A DNA stretch of 64,000 nt, taken from the NCBI RefSeq assembly GCF_006345805.1, contig NC_042997.1, positions 109,182,001-109,246,000 of the forward strand. The letters are read 5' to 3'. The position numbers and the translations under genes are program-made. Origin of the DNA: Octopus sinensis (taxonomy: Eukaryota). This document shows, piece by piece, positions 13,506 through 25,242 of the stretch. Position 1 is the first letter of the stretch; the number at the start of each line of letters is the position of its first letter. The notes below the pieces were generated by a model. It saw only the letters and a program-made list of their open reading frames with translations. It was not told the DNA's origin and searched no databases.

Positions 13506-14079
13506 AATAAAAAACGTTAGAGCTGCTGTTGTTTAGCCCAGGGTAGCTCTGATCCAGGGTATTTATGACCGAAGACGTTCCATTTGTGATCATTCTTCAT
13601 TTACTAGTGTGTTGGGTATCCATGACTACATTATTCAACATATTCTCTTTAAGAGGAGACTTCTCTATTGAATAGGACCGTCCCTTTGTTAGCCACCTGT
13701 CATTAAGAGGATGGGTTGTTGTGTTGCTACACTGACATTCAGGTAGGATCGTGTGTTGTTATGCAATTATCTTTTTTTAAATTTAGTTGTGAAAGCGGGA
13801 AAGTTTTCCGTGCACATGTAATTAACATTTGTATTACGTTCATCAAATTGCACGTGATACTTTTTAGGTTGCGCTAGTAGAACTATTGTTGTTGTTGTTG
13901 TTGTTATTTTCCGATTGATTTGCATTTTATTTAAACTTTCGGCTCGGTCTCAACCAGGGACCTAAGGCACGAATATATTACATGGAGAGAAACGTCCTGA
14001 GAATGTGAGCAGTTGATGACAACACGATTTTTTGAGTCTCGTAGATTGTTGGGTTCCCAGGGATCTTTCAAACAAATTT

Positions 14080-14845
14080 ATTGTTGTTGTTGTTGTTCTG
14101 AAAGACTCTCGGATAGTTCTTAATTACCGGTTATTCTTTACTTGAAAGCAGGCAATAACAAATCACCAAAGGTCTCAAGTAATACCTTCTCCTGTGACTC
14201 AAAGTGACAATACTCTCCTTAGAATTCGAGCTTTACCCAACAATCCTATCTTCTGGATCATTTCCAACCTGACATCAGCTCCAATATTCTTAATATGTTT
14301 TTCAAAACTCTTGGAAACTGCTCCTAATGCTCCAATTACCACTGGTGTCACCATTACTTTCCTCATGCCCCATAACTTTCCTATCTTATATTTCTCTCTC
14401 AATTCGCCTGATATTGCAACATCTATCAGCTTTACTTCTCTTTCGTCTTTATGTTTGAGCATGATATCTGGTCGTCTCGCCTCTATGACTTGGTCGCACT
14501 GCATGTTAAAATCCCAGAGTATTTTGTAATGTTCGTTTTCCATTACTCCCTCTGGCTTGTGTTCATACCATTACTCGGCCCTCTTGAGGTTTGCTTTACC
14601 GCACAACAGCCAGTGGACATATCTGGCCACATTGTCGTGTCTCCCTTTATATTCGCGTTGCGCGAGCTTACACCTCTCACTAACAATATGGCTTATACTT
14701 TCTCCCTTTTCAGAACATATCCTACACCATGGCGAGTCAGTGCTTTTATCGATGTGATATTTAGAGTAGTTCTGAGAGCTTGTTCACGAGCGCTGCACAC
14801 TAATGCCTTAGCGGGCCCTTTTAAGTCTCCTTTCAGCAACAATTG
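14080..14845 (-). pseudogene. 3' fragment of R4/Dong-clade element (zinc knuckle remnant, RLE, 3' UTR)
   Basis: ORF 14199-14543 KILWDFNMQCDQVIEARRPDIML...LIDVAI...PVVIGALG (PD..D RLE motif); ends in (AAC)n at about 14080-14098. Confidence 0.9.
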
Positions 14846-15091
14846 GTAAAGATGAATTATTCAAACCCCAAAGAAATACTCTCAACACATGGCTATGATA
14901 CTCCTCCAATACTTCTGCTCGTGATCAGAGATGCACATCTGGTTAAGGTCAAACAACTGACAAGCAAATCTGTGGTATTGAGCAGAATATTTGCTGTAAC
15001 CCATCTTCTATACCAAGACAAAATAATGTACATGATAACTTCCAATCAGTTACGATAGCCATGAGAGCCACTGCCTGGTACTGCATCAGGG

Positions 15092-15095
<4 letters not shown>
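14846..15095 (-). mobile_element. Non-coding segment between (AAT)n and the Dong 3' fragment (probable 5' part of a short non-autonomous element)
   Basis: Begins directly after (AAT)n on minus (CCCTGATGCAGTACCAGGCAGTGGCTCTCATGGC) and is fused to the Dong fragment; no Dong-like peptide. Confidence 0.45.
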
Positions 15096-15164
<69 letters not shown>

Positions 15165-15178
15165 CATTATTATTATTA

Positions 15179-15238
<60 letters not shown>

Positions 15239-15402
15239 TTATTATTATTGTCATTTACTTTTAATCTGCATGTTTGATGCAATCACTTGCCGGGGCACAC
15301 CCAGCGCCCTAGGGCAAGTGAGGGTTAAGAGTTGTTGAAATATAGTTGAAAGCTTGGGGAGGGGAAGTAGAGAAATATCTCCATGTATACAAACACAAAC
15401 AT

Positions 15403-16086
15403 TTACATTGATAGGGTTTTTCTAAGGATGTGGGCAGTACTTGTTAGCACAATCTTTTGGATTTCCTTGAGACATGGTTCTCCAGGGATATTGTCTAGGT
15501 GTTTCTGACATCCCTTTTTTATCATACCTAGGGCACCTACAATAACAGGAACAGTTTTTGTTTTAAGATTCCACATCTTTTGTATTTCGATTTCCAGGTC
15601 CTTATATTTACTAAGTTTGTCAAATTCCTTTACAGATACATTTTTATCAGTGGGGACGCTTACCTCTATTAGTCTGCAGGTATTTTCTTCCCTGTCTTTA
15701 ACAATTATGTCTGGTCGATTAGCCTTGATCGTTCTGTCAGTGTTGACTGGAAAATCCCAGAGGATGGTGACATCCTTACCTTCAACTGGCTGAGGATGGT
15801 GTTCATACCAGTTAGCAGGTGTGTCGAATTTGTAGTATTTACATATCTTCCAATGTATATACTGTCCTACCCTATCGTGGCGATTTTTGTATTCGTTTGG
15901 TGTCAGCACAGGACATCCCGAAACGAGATGGTCTATCGTTTCGTCAAATGTGTCGCAGAATCTGCATTTAGGGTCAGTACCGTTTCGGAGAACGTTAGCC
16001 TGGTAATTTCTGGTAAACAAGCTTTGATCTTGTGCTGCCATTATGAAGCCTTCAGTCTCTGCTTTCATCCAGAACTCTTCAGCCAC
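15403..16086 (-). CDS. CCHC zinc knuckle plus restriction-like endonuclease of Dong-like ORF
   Basis: CRFCDTFDETIDHLVSGC, RHD, NRPDIIV...IEVSVP..K..KYKDL, PVIVGALG. Confidence 0.95.
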   Translation of the reverse strand: MAEEFWMKAETEGFIMAAQDQSLFTRNYQANVLRNGTDPKCRFCDTFDETIDHLVSGCPVLTPNEYKNRHDRVGQYIHWKICKYYKFDTPANWYEHHPQPVEGKDVTILWDFPVNTDRTIKANRPDIIVKDREENTCRLIEVSVPTDKNVSVKEFDKLSKYKDLEIEIQKMWNLKTKTVPVIVGALGMIKKGCQKHLDNIPGEPCLKEIQKIVLTSTAHILRKTLSM

Positions 16087-16694
16087 TGATGGGTTGTTGC
16101 TTGGTCTACATCAGCATTTTGGCTTCGGAGAATATATTGTCCATGCAGGGGCTTCTGGCTCCACCGCCTCTCAATTTGATTCTGCCCGTTCTTTTTTGCA
16201 GTCTGCTTGATTCGCTTTGCTTGCTTGGTAGCAGTGGTTTCCGGCTCTTCATCTGATTCAAGGTTAATGTCTAGTTCCCTTTCGAACTTATAGGCTTCCT
16301 TGACAATAGAATGCAGCTTTTTGCTGCTTTCGTGTTCGCACACAAGTTGCAGCATCCAGTCCTTTGTACTAGATAGGTACCTGTTCATTCCTACAGTAGA
16401 GGTCTTATAGCACAGCTCTAATTGCATCATTCCTCTCCCCCCGCTGCTTCTAGGTAGGTAGAGGCGGTCTACATCTGCCTTAGGGTGGTGCATGCTCTTG
16501 GATGTCAGTAATTTTCTTGTCTTCCTGTCCAAGCGTTGGAGTTCCGTAAGGTTCCAGTTAATGATGTTAAAACTGTACTGGACTACTGGAAGCGCCAGGG
16601 TGTTAATGGCCTCAATGCAATTTTTGGAGTTGAGTTCAGTCTTCAGTACAAGCCTTATTCTCCTATAGTATTCCTTTCTTATTTTTTCCTTCAT
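16065..16694 (-). CDS. Post-RT segment of Dong-like ORF
   Basis: HHPKADVDRLYLPRSSGGRG, KPLHGQY; frame stays open upstream (LDIDTTIKELDPQESYKYLGINE) to a 1-nt shift near 16787. Confidence 0.92.
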   Translation of the reverse strand: MKEKIRKEYYRRIRLVLKTELNSKNCIEAINTLALPVVQYSFNIINWNLTELQRLDRKTRKLLTSKSMHHPKADVDRLYLPRSSGGRGMMQLELCYKTSTVGMNRYLSSTKDWMLQLVCEHESSKKLHSIVKEAYKFERELDINLESDEEPETTATKQAKRIKQTAKKNGQNQIERRWSQKPLHGQYILRSQNADVDQATTHQWLKSSG

Positions 16695-16783
16695 AGTAGC
16701 ATGATGTATACCATCTCCTTCGTTGATTCCTAGGTATTTGTAACTTTCTTGTGGGTCAAGTTCCTTGATGGTAGTGTCAATAT

Positions 16784-18412
16784 CTAATTAACAGAAGCTG
16801 TTTGCCTGAGCTTGCCTCTTACAAAAGTTGCTTTAGCACACTTATCAAGGCCAAAATCCATTCCGATATCATTGCTAAACTCTTTAACAGTTGTTAGCAG
16901 CCCTTCTAGCTCTTGGTCATTCCTGGCAAACAGCTTTAGGTCGTCCATATAGAAAAGGTGGTTTATTAACTTACTAAAAACTTTGTACCCATATCTGGTA
17001 CTATCCAATTCGTTTGAGAGTGGGATCAGTGCCATGCAAAAAAGTAATGGAGAGAGGGAGTCACCTTGAAAGATGCCTCGTTTGATGTTGATGCTGTTGG
17101 ACTGGCTCATCCCATTACTATGGCTTAGAAAGAGACGTGTGTTCCACATGGTCAGGCTATTCTCTAAGAATTTTGAGACGACAGGAGAGATCTTGTATAT
17201 CTCAAGGGCCTTGAGTATCCATTTATGTGGGACACTGTCATACGCTTTCCTGTAGTCTATCCATGCCATACTCAGGTTTTTGTTTTTGCTCCAGCAATTC
17301 TCTACAATCATTCTGTTTATGAGCAATTGGTCTTTGCACCCATAAGAGTTTCTTTTACAACCTTTTTGAGCTTGTGGAAGGATAGAGTTTTGTTCAAGGA
17401 AAGCGTACATTCTCTCCGTTATTATGGATGTGAGGATTTTGTAGGTGGTGTTGAGACATGTTATTGGCCGGTAATTCTTTGGGTTTTTTGTGTCTTCGGT
17501 TTTAGGTAATAGGTAGATGGTTCCTTCAGTCAGCCAAGCAGGTATTTGCTCTGGGTTCTGAATGACATCAGACAGAGATGCAGCGAGATTTTCGTGTACC
17601 TCTGTCAAACAATTCAGCCAGAAGTTAGGGATCCGATCCAGTCCTGGGGTTTTCCATTTATGAGCCTTCCTAAGGACACACCTTAGCTCCTCTATTCCTA
17701 TTGCTTCCCATTTCTGTTCTTCAAGTTCATCCAGTCTCTCTTTCTCACGTTCTATCCAGTCAGCCTCAGCATTAAACTCTTTTTCGTTGCTCCATACCTT
17801 CTTCCAGAACTCCTCCACTTCCTCAATCTTAGGTGGATCTTCTATGTGTATCTTATTTTTGCCAAATTCCCCATAAAATTTCTTTGCATCTGTCTTAAAA
17901 TATTTATTTTGTCGATAAAATTTGTTTCTTTTGTCATACCTTCTAAGCCGTTGGGCTTTCAACTGTATCCGTTGTTTCAACAGTTCCTTAGTTGCAGGGA
18001 GGTTTATGAGATCTTTGATTTTATATTTTTGCTTGATTTTTCTAGCTTTTCTCGACTTAATATTCACTCCTCTAGCAAGCTCATCGAGAACTGAAACATC
18101 CGCCCGCAGAGATTCAATCTCTTTTTGTATCGCTACTTTCCACTTAGGAGGTTCATTGACATGCATGGCCTTTTTCTTTGTCATCTTAATACCTAGTTGG
18201 GTAGTTACTACTTTAGCAGTGGAATAGATGAGATTATTTAAGGTTGTCAGATCATTCCCCTTATTTCTTAAGATCTGTCCTAGGGCAACGTTATATGTCA
18301 TGATTGTGTTATTTCTTGTGCCATTTGAAAACTTTGGTAGCGGTTCTCTATTAACCATGTCAGTGAGCTCAATCTTGCCGAGTTCTCTCATAATGTCCAC
18401 TTTTGCTTCCAT
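16784..18412 (-). CDS. Reverse transcriptase segment of Dong-like ORF
   Basis: PGLDRIPNFW, YRPITCLNTTYK, WIDYRKAYDSVPH, GIFQGDSLSPLLF, HLFYMDDLKL, FGLDKC. Confidence 0.97.
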   Translation of the reverse strand: MEAKVDIMRELGKIELTDMVNREPLPKFSNGTRNNTIMTYNVALGQILRNKGNDLTTLNNLIYSTAKVVTTQLGIKMTKKKAMHVNEPPKWKVAIQKEIESLRADVSVLDELARGVNIKSRKARKIKQKYKIKDLINLPATKELLKQRIQLKAQRLRRYDKRNKFYRQNKYFKTDAKKFYGEFGKNKIHIEDPPKIEEVEEFWKKVWSNEKEFNAEADWIEREKERLDELEEQKWEAIGIEELRCVLRKAHKWKTPGLDRIPNFWLNCLTEVHENLAASLSDVIQNPEQIPAWLTEGTIYLLPKTEDTKNPKNYRPITCLNTTYKILTSIITERMYAFLEQNSILPQAQKGCKRNSYGCKDQLLINRMIVENCWSKNKNLSMAWIDYRKAYDSVPHKWILKALEIYKISPVVSKFLENSLTMWNTRLFLSHSNGMSQSNSINIKRGIFQGDSLSPLLFCMALIPLSNELDSTRYGYKVFSKLINHLFYMDDLKLFARNDQELEGLLTTVKEFSNDIGMDFGLDKCAKATFVRGKLRQTASVN

Positions 18413-18579
18413 AATCTTTTCTCTATTATTTCTTGAGGAAGGTCTACGTTCTCCTCTTTTTTCAAATCTCTCGTCTTCGCTATTCTTTGTTTAACTCCCC
18501 CATTGGGAAGTTGATTTGCCGCTTGTACACTGGCTTCTATGCTACTGTTACCTATTTCGTCTACATTGTTGTTGTTTTC

Positions 18580-19266
18580 TTATGGTCTACCATGAGCTAT
18601 TAGTGTCCTAATTTTGTCAATTTCAGCGTCAGTTAGTCTTTTGTTTTTAATTATATCTCTGCGTACATTACTTAATTTATTTGCGTCTATATATCTACGT
18701 ACGTCATTGCCTACTGAATTTCTCCAGGAGATGTATGTTTGTACACTGAGGTTATTGTTTGGGTTTAGTTGGGCTGTATAAAAAGCTTTCAATACATCTC
18801 TATAGTCCTCTCTGGTCCATTTTATACGTTTTGCTTTAGGTGCTGTTTTTGGTGGTGTCACTGCAAGTCCAGAGTTAGGAGTATTCTGGTTCTGGACACC
18901 GGGTAGATCGTCTTTTTGAGAGTTTGTTCCAGCAGCAAACTTTTCGACCCCAGTCTGGTTCCCTACTGGGTAACGCGGTCCTTGTTGTCCCGGGCGATGA
19001 CCGATCCGGCATGATTTTTGGCTTGTTTTCATTAAATGATTGACGGCGACATCAGAGGGGTCCATTTTTTCAGAGTCAACTTTTTGACAAGACGCCGCTT
19101 CTGTGACGGTGACGTTAGAAGAAGGGACTGTTTGTACAGGGTCAATTTTTTGACAAGACACCGCTTCTGAATTCTCCGAATTAATATATTGTTCATATCG
19201 AACTCGCATAAGACTTACAGATCGAAATTCGCCTCTATTTCTTTTGGTAGACATGTTTCCGGGCAT
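18580..19266 (-). CDS. Dong-like ORF, N-terminal segment
   Basis: RIKWTREDYRDVLKAFYTA...LSNVRRDIIKNKRLTDAEIDKIR resembles the R4/Dong N-terminal (Myb-like) region; true start uncertain. Confidence 0.75.
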   Translation of the reverse strand: MPGNMSTKRNRGEFRSVSLMRVRYEQYINSENSEAVSCQKIDPVQTVPSSNVTVTEAASCQKVDSEKMDPSDVAVNHLMKTSQKSCRIGHRPGQQGPRYPVGNQTGVEKFAAGTNSQKDDLPGVQNQNTPNSGLAVTPPKTAPKAKRIKWTREDYRDVLKAFYTAQLNPNNNLSVQTYISWRNSVGNDVRRYIDANKLSNVRRDIIKNKRLTDAEIDKIRTLIAHGRP

Positions 19267-19758
19267 AACTGTTCAGTGACTTACTAAATTCAGTGACCAA
19301 TTTGCTCTTTTTTGCGTTTGTTCGTGAAAAATCGCTTTGTTTTTGTTTTGTTTTCGTCCGCGTAACGTGGTTTTTCTTTCTGTGTGTACGTGTGAGCGCG
19401 TGTAAGCATTATTTATGCTTTATAATTAAAATGTGTACGTGTATGCATAAACAGTTGCATGTATACTTATTTAATTAATTAATTAATTAATCAATTTATG
19501 TACTTACTTCAAGAGCTCTGATGTTCGCTTCTATTTCTTATGCATGTCACATGGAAATATGCATAAACGAAAGAAAACCATACTATATATGGCAATAATA
19601 GTTCGGACTTTTTAGTTACTTTGCCTTAAAAGAACATTTGGAAAAGATATTTTGTGGAACCTTTCTTCCATTGCAATGATGTTGTTGGATTAAATTCGTT
19701 TTTTGGAGAGAAGCTCCCAGGGAACATCCATGTTGTTATTTAGCCCGGAGCTATTATC

Positions 19759-19833
<75 letters not shown>

Positions 19834-19836
<3 letters not shown>

Positions 19837-20654
19837 GTTTGACTTTTGCTTTATATTTGTACAAGTTGGCTCCAAGTCTCCCCAGAGACCTCAAGAGGCA
19901 ACAGGTTGGAAGTTCACGTTGTTGTTATGCCTAGTGTGCCATATATTTGGGGGTTTTTTTTGGTGTTGTACTAGTGAATGTCTAATAAATAAATTTTTTA
20001 AAAAAGTTTGTTTTAAACCTTGGGATTACATAGAGAGTATTTTGCGTAGGATATGAGCAGTTCCCATGAGCACTATCTTTTGAATTTCTGCCATTTTGGG
20101 GTTTCCTCGTATCTGAGTTAGGTAGCAATCAGCCCCTTTCGCTATCATTCCCAGGGCACCTATGACAACAGGTATTGTTTTAGTCTTCAGATTCCACATT
20201 TTGCTGATTTCTATTTCAAGATCTTTATATTTGCTCAGTTTTTTGGTAGGTCTTGACAGATACGTTTATATCGATTGGGACAGTCATATTAATGAGGAGG
20301 CATGTTCTTTGTCTGAAGTCTTTCAATATGATGTCTGGCCTATTTGCATCTATCTTTCTGTCAGTTTGGATGGTGAAGTTCCAGAGGAGTGAGATGTGGT
20401 CATTTTCAAGCACTGGAGGTGGATTGTGTTCCCACCAGTTTTTTTCATGGGGCAAATCCAGGTTTTTACAAATTACCCAGTGAATATATTGTGCAGCTCT
20501 ATCATGCCTGTTGAGGTACTCTGTAGGCGCTAGAAGACTGCATTTGGAGACAACATGATCAATGGTTTCATTTTGTTGTCGACATACACGACATGTTGGG
20601 ATTCTGCCGTTCTTTAATATGTTGGCCAGGTAGTTTCTTGTTGGTAGGCATTGA
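19834..20654 (-). pseudogene. 5'-truncated R4/Dong-clade element inserted inside a (TAA)n tract
   Basis: CRVCRQQNETIDHVVSKC, RHD, NRPDIILKD, KYKDLEIEISKMWNLK; (TTA)n at 19759-19833 and 20655-20792 on both sides. Confidence 0.93.
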
Positions 20655-20675
20655 ATATTATTATTATTATTATTA

Positions 20676-20783
<108 letters not shown>

Positions 20784-20973
20784 CATTATTATTGAAGGTC
20801 GACTTTACTTTTTATATTTTCGGGGACGATAAATTAAGTACTAGGAAAACACTGGGGCAGATGTAATCGACTAGTCCCCTCCCAACAAGTTTCAGGCCTT
20901 GGGCCTATACTAGAAAGGATTATCATTATTATTATTATTATTATTAATGATAATAATAGTGGTGGTGGTGGTG

Positions 20974-21040
<67 letters not shown>

Positions 21041-21598
21041 CAGCAGCAGCAGTTCGTGTGCACTTTTACTACGACTGCTGAGTCCCTCAGCTGCTGCTTC
21101 TGCGACCGATGTTGTTACTAATACACTTTCAGTTCTCGACAATCTTGTTCTTGTTGATGCAGTGGCCATGTTTTTTTCTAAACTCATTTCCAGCTAGATC
21201 TACTTAGATTTGCGAATCCTTGTACCTTTGCATGTGAGGATACATAAACACACACACACACACGTAAATACCATAATGTGTGTGTGTGTGTGTTTTAACG
21301 GTTATGTTTCCGTCACAGATTAGTGCGTAATGGGAATTTAAACATGTTCCACGAGAGGCTTTCTTTATAATCATTGATTTATATCCATTCAAGTGGTTTC
21401 GAGAACAGTCTTGGAATGTAAGACTTTTTTCTCTCTCTCCTCTTAATCGCATCGCAATTCATATCGTATTCTCACACAAAAGATATCCACTTAAGTGTCT
21501 ACAAACCATAACAATCACCAATCGCTCCTTTAATTCCAATCTCTCATGTTTTGGAAAATTTGTCCCGTCTCTTCTATGAATTTCCAAGCATTTATCCC

Positions 21599-21640
<42 letters not shown>

Positions 21641-22015
21641 TCTCTACCTCTTTCTCGTTTGTTCTTTATCTTGATGTTTCTCTATTTACATCTATACTCT
21701 GTTTCTCATTTGGTCTTTCTTTCTCTCTTACTCTCCCTATCTCTTCCTCTTACTTACTCTTCCTATCTCTCTTGGTCTCTCTCTCTTTCTGTCTCTCACT
21801 CATTTACTCTCCCTTTCTCTCTCTCTCTCTCCCCTCCTTATCTCCACTTTACCGTTAATCTATGAAATATAAAACAGGGCACGATTACTTCATTGTACCG
21901 GAAGAATCTACTTGAAAGTATTTCCTGATATCATTTTGTAATGGATCCACATGCAACATCACGCCAATCTTCTGTCTGCAAATGTTCCAAGGAAACAAAC
22001 AGCCATTCCTCTTAC

Positions 22016-22081
<66 letters not shown>

Positions 22082-22747
22082 ACTTCATTATTTCACTCAT
22101 TCCTTTTTCTTTTCTCACATTTTTGCTTTTTGTGAATTTGTATTTTTCCTCTTTTTTTATTATGCTTTTTCTTCCATTTTTTTTTACTTTGTTTTTCGGT
22201 TTTCTTTTTCTTGCTTCTCTTTGAATCTATCGATTCTTCGAACACTTTCCAAATAGTTACAAGTTACATAGATAAGTGACTAATTCCACTGTTTGATTGA
22301 ATCGATCATTATACAACCATTATATATCGATGCTGCTTTCACTCCTTCTTCCTTTCTTTACATTTTCTCAAGTCTGCAGACATATAATACGATTCTTATG
22401 TCAATTAATTTCTACCTCATCAAAACCATAATCCACTCCACCGAGGACAAAACACTCGCCAATATTCAGAAACTAGTAACCTCATACACACACAAGCATA
22501 CTACATATATACACATATATACATGCTCTCATATACATACACACACTGCTCATGTGCAAACACACACAAACACACAGAGAATCGCATGCTAATTTACGGT
22601 CGGATATGAGTACATCGCTCATGTGTTCAGTAATCAACGAAGAAACCAATCAAAGACTGAATTGATAAATGCATTTTTGTCTACGCGAAAATGCGTAGAG
22701 TTTTTTTTTTATTGTGTTTGTGTTCTTTGGTGAATATACTACAAAAG

Positions 22748-22896
22748 GCTGGCTGTGTGGTAAGAAGCTTGCTTTCCAACCACATGAATCCGGGTTCAGT
22801 CCACCTGCGTAGCACCTTTGACAGGTGTCTTATACTGTAGCCTCGGGCCGACCAAAGCTTTATAAGTCGATTTAATAGACAGAAACTGGAAGACCG

Positions 22897-22932
<36 letters not shown>

Positions 22933-23150
22933 ACATAAATTTGTGTGTTTTTTTGTCTCTCGCTATCGCTAGACAATTGATGCCGGTAGGTCTATATACC
23001 TGTTACTAGCGATTCGGCAAAAGATGTCGATAGAATAAGCACTAGACTTATAAATAACAAGTCCGGGGTTAATTTCTTTACTTAACACCATTTAAGGCGG
23101 TGCTCCAGCATGGCTGCAGTTACATGACAGAAACAAATAAAAAATAAAAC
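22748..23150 (+). mobile_element. SINE family 2
   Basis: Same head, core and tail as 2144-2635. Confidence 0.8.
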
Positions 23151-23207
23151 AAAATACATATACATATATATGTGTGTGTGTGAGTGTGAGTGTGAGTGTG
23201 TGTGTGT

Positions 23208-23271
<64 letters not shown>

Positions 23272-24370
23272 TTGTGTATTCTTTTATTTGTTTTAGTCAT
23301 TTGACAACGGCCGAGTCGAACAAATCGACTTTAGTCGAACAACTCGAAGGCAGAGCAGTATTGCTTGTGGAGAAACTCCACTGTATCTTTCGCATCATTT
23401 TCAATAAAGTTTTATTCATATAGCTTTGTACGATTGCATTCTTGTTGGCTTCATGTCATCCCTGTTGTGAAATGGTTGCGCTGGAGTCAGTCTATCTTTG
23501 CTTGGATATTGAAAGACGAATCTAGAAAGACCCCTGTCATATTCCGAAAGAAACATTTTTGTTTCAACTGTGGTATTAGTGGGAGATGATATCAAGAACA
23601 ATGCTAGCATGGTTACACAACACTACATCCAAGATACTTTTGTTGTTTCTCGTTTGCTCAAGTATCAGTTGGGACAGGATGAAAAATAATCATCCAAAAA
23701 CTTGAAAAGTGTCTCTATTACTGCTTTGTCCGAGGTTGATATGCAGATAGGTATTTCAGGGTATTCGTAGACCAACTCACAAAGGAAGACTGATGTCGCT
23801 CATCATAGACTCCAGTGAACCTAGGTACAATCAGAATTAAGCAAGCTCTGCTTCTACTTGCCAGACAAATTCAATTTATAAGTCAATATAAAGACTTTAT
23901 AATTCACTTGTTACGATACATTATAAACTCTATGAGAAAAATTATGAAAGAAATTAAGAACAAGTGCCTATATTTTACAAATTGTTCGGTAATCTTTCAA
24001 AGTTTTGCAAGTCTATACAAGCGAATAGCAAAATCGACATATTGACTAATACATCGATAGCATTATCCTGCAACGATCTACGGAAGTAATATTTTAAACC
24101 ATCTTAATTACGAAATTAGATCGAAGACAATCTATTAGAAACACAGCATTTATATCAGTCTGAAGAAAATTGATCGATATAGAACCGCGGACCAAAAATC
24201 GAAGACCTAGTCTATTATAGACATGACATGTATTCGGTAAAGCAAAAGAACTGACAAACCATGCAACAGAATCGAAGACGATCAACTGAAGACAATGTTT
24301 CCATTAATTATATCACTCGACCGAAACATAAATATTTTAAATTAAATTAAATAAATTTATGGCTTATCTC

Positions 24371-24586
24371 TCATTTGTTTCAATCATTGAACTGAAGCCA
24401 CGCTGGGGCACCGCTTCCAAGTGCTTAGTCGATCAAACCACCCCAGTACTTATTCCATTGGTCGCTTTTGCCGAACTGCTAGTAAAGAGGCCGTAAAAAA
24501 ACCAACGCCGGTTTTAGAGCGTTTGGGGGAGATAAATACAAAGACGCATGCACGTGTACACACACACACACACACACACACGCACG

Positions 24587-24626
<40 letters not shown>

Positions 24627-24744
24627 CACATACACAAAGGCTTCTTTCAGTTTTCGTGTACTAAATTCAGTCACAAGGTTAGCGCTATAATGTTATAGCG
24701 CCATCCATGTGACTGAATTTGGTACACGAAAACTGAAAGAAGCC
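24371..24744 (-). mobile_element. SINE family 2, 5'-truncated, with fold-back at 24639-24744
   Basis: Family tail on minus; 24639-24690 inverted at 24693-24744. Confidence 0.75.
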
Positions 24745-24870
24745 CTACTTATCCCATATACTTGTTTGTTGTTACTTCTAATTACATACAATCTCTCTTT
24801 CTCTCTCTCTCCCTCACCGTCACCCCTTCATTAATTTGGCACGCAAGTATTAAACGCATACAGTCTAGAT

Positions 24871-25242
24871 CAATGTTTTTCAGCCGGAGTCTATATGACA
24901 GGGGGTCCATATAAGATTTTGGAGGGATCCATGCAAGTAAAATATCAAATTGGGGATACACAGAAGTCTAGGAATTTTGTTTATTTCTATTTAGATATAT
25001 TTATTGCAAGAAATATCCAGGTTTCTTTCTCTAAAGCCAAACCTGTTTCTGGTCACTTTGTTGATGTTCTCTCAAAGAGTGTAACTTCAAACCTACGCAA
25101 GCGGATGGGTGAAAAGCAAATAAGAAATTTGAAAGAAGTATGCATAAAACTAGTTTTTAAACAATGAATGTCTATGGGAGTCCATTAGAATAAATACTAT
25201 TCAAAGGGGGTCCATAGGTAAAACAATAGATGGGAGCCAATG
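24871..25242. mobile_element. Degenerate hAT/Charlie-like MITE
   Basis: CAATGTTTTTCAGCCG start, repeated GGGGTCCAT subterminal motifs, degraded right terminus. Confidence 0.45.

Larger units (their letters stand above)
15250..19400 (-). mobile_element. Near full-length R4/Dong-clade non-LTR retrotransposon with (AAT)n 3' junction
   Basis: Four consecutive minus ORFs give N-terminus, RT, thumb and CCHC+RLE; 3' UTR 15250-15402 runs into (AAT)n 15096-15249; 5' boundary uncertain. Confidence 0.95.

Noticed and set aside
19266-19500. HDV-like ribozyme at the 5' end of the Dong element
   Set aside because: No nested double-pseudoknot pairing found by eye
20834-21187. ORF MSLEKNMATASTRTRLSR...
   Set aside because: Runs into microsatellite and a SINE; no recognisable domain or good splice donor
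23345-24060. Possible DNA-transposon remnant
   Set aside because: No terminal repeats or transposase motif could be confirmed
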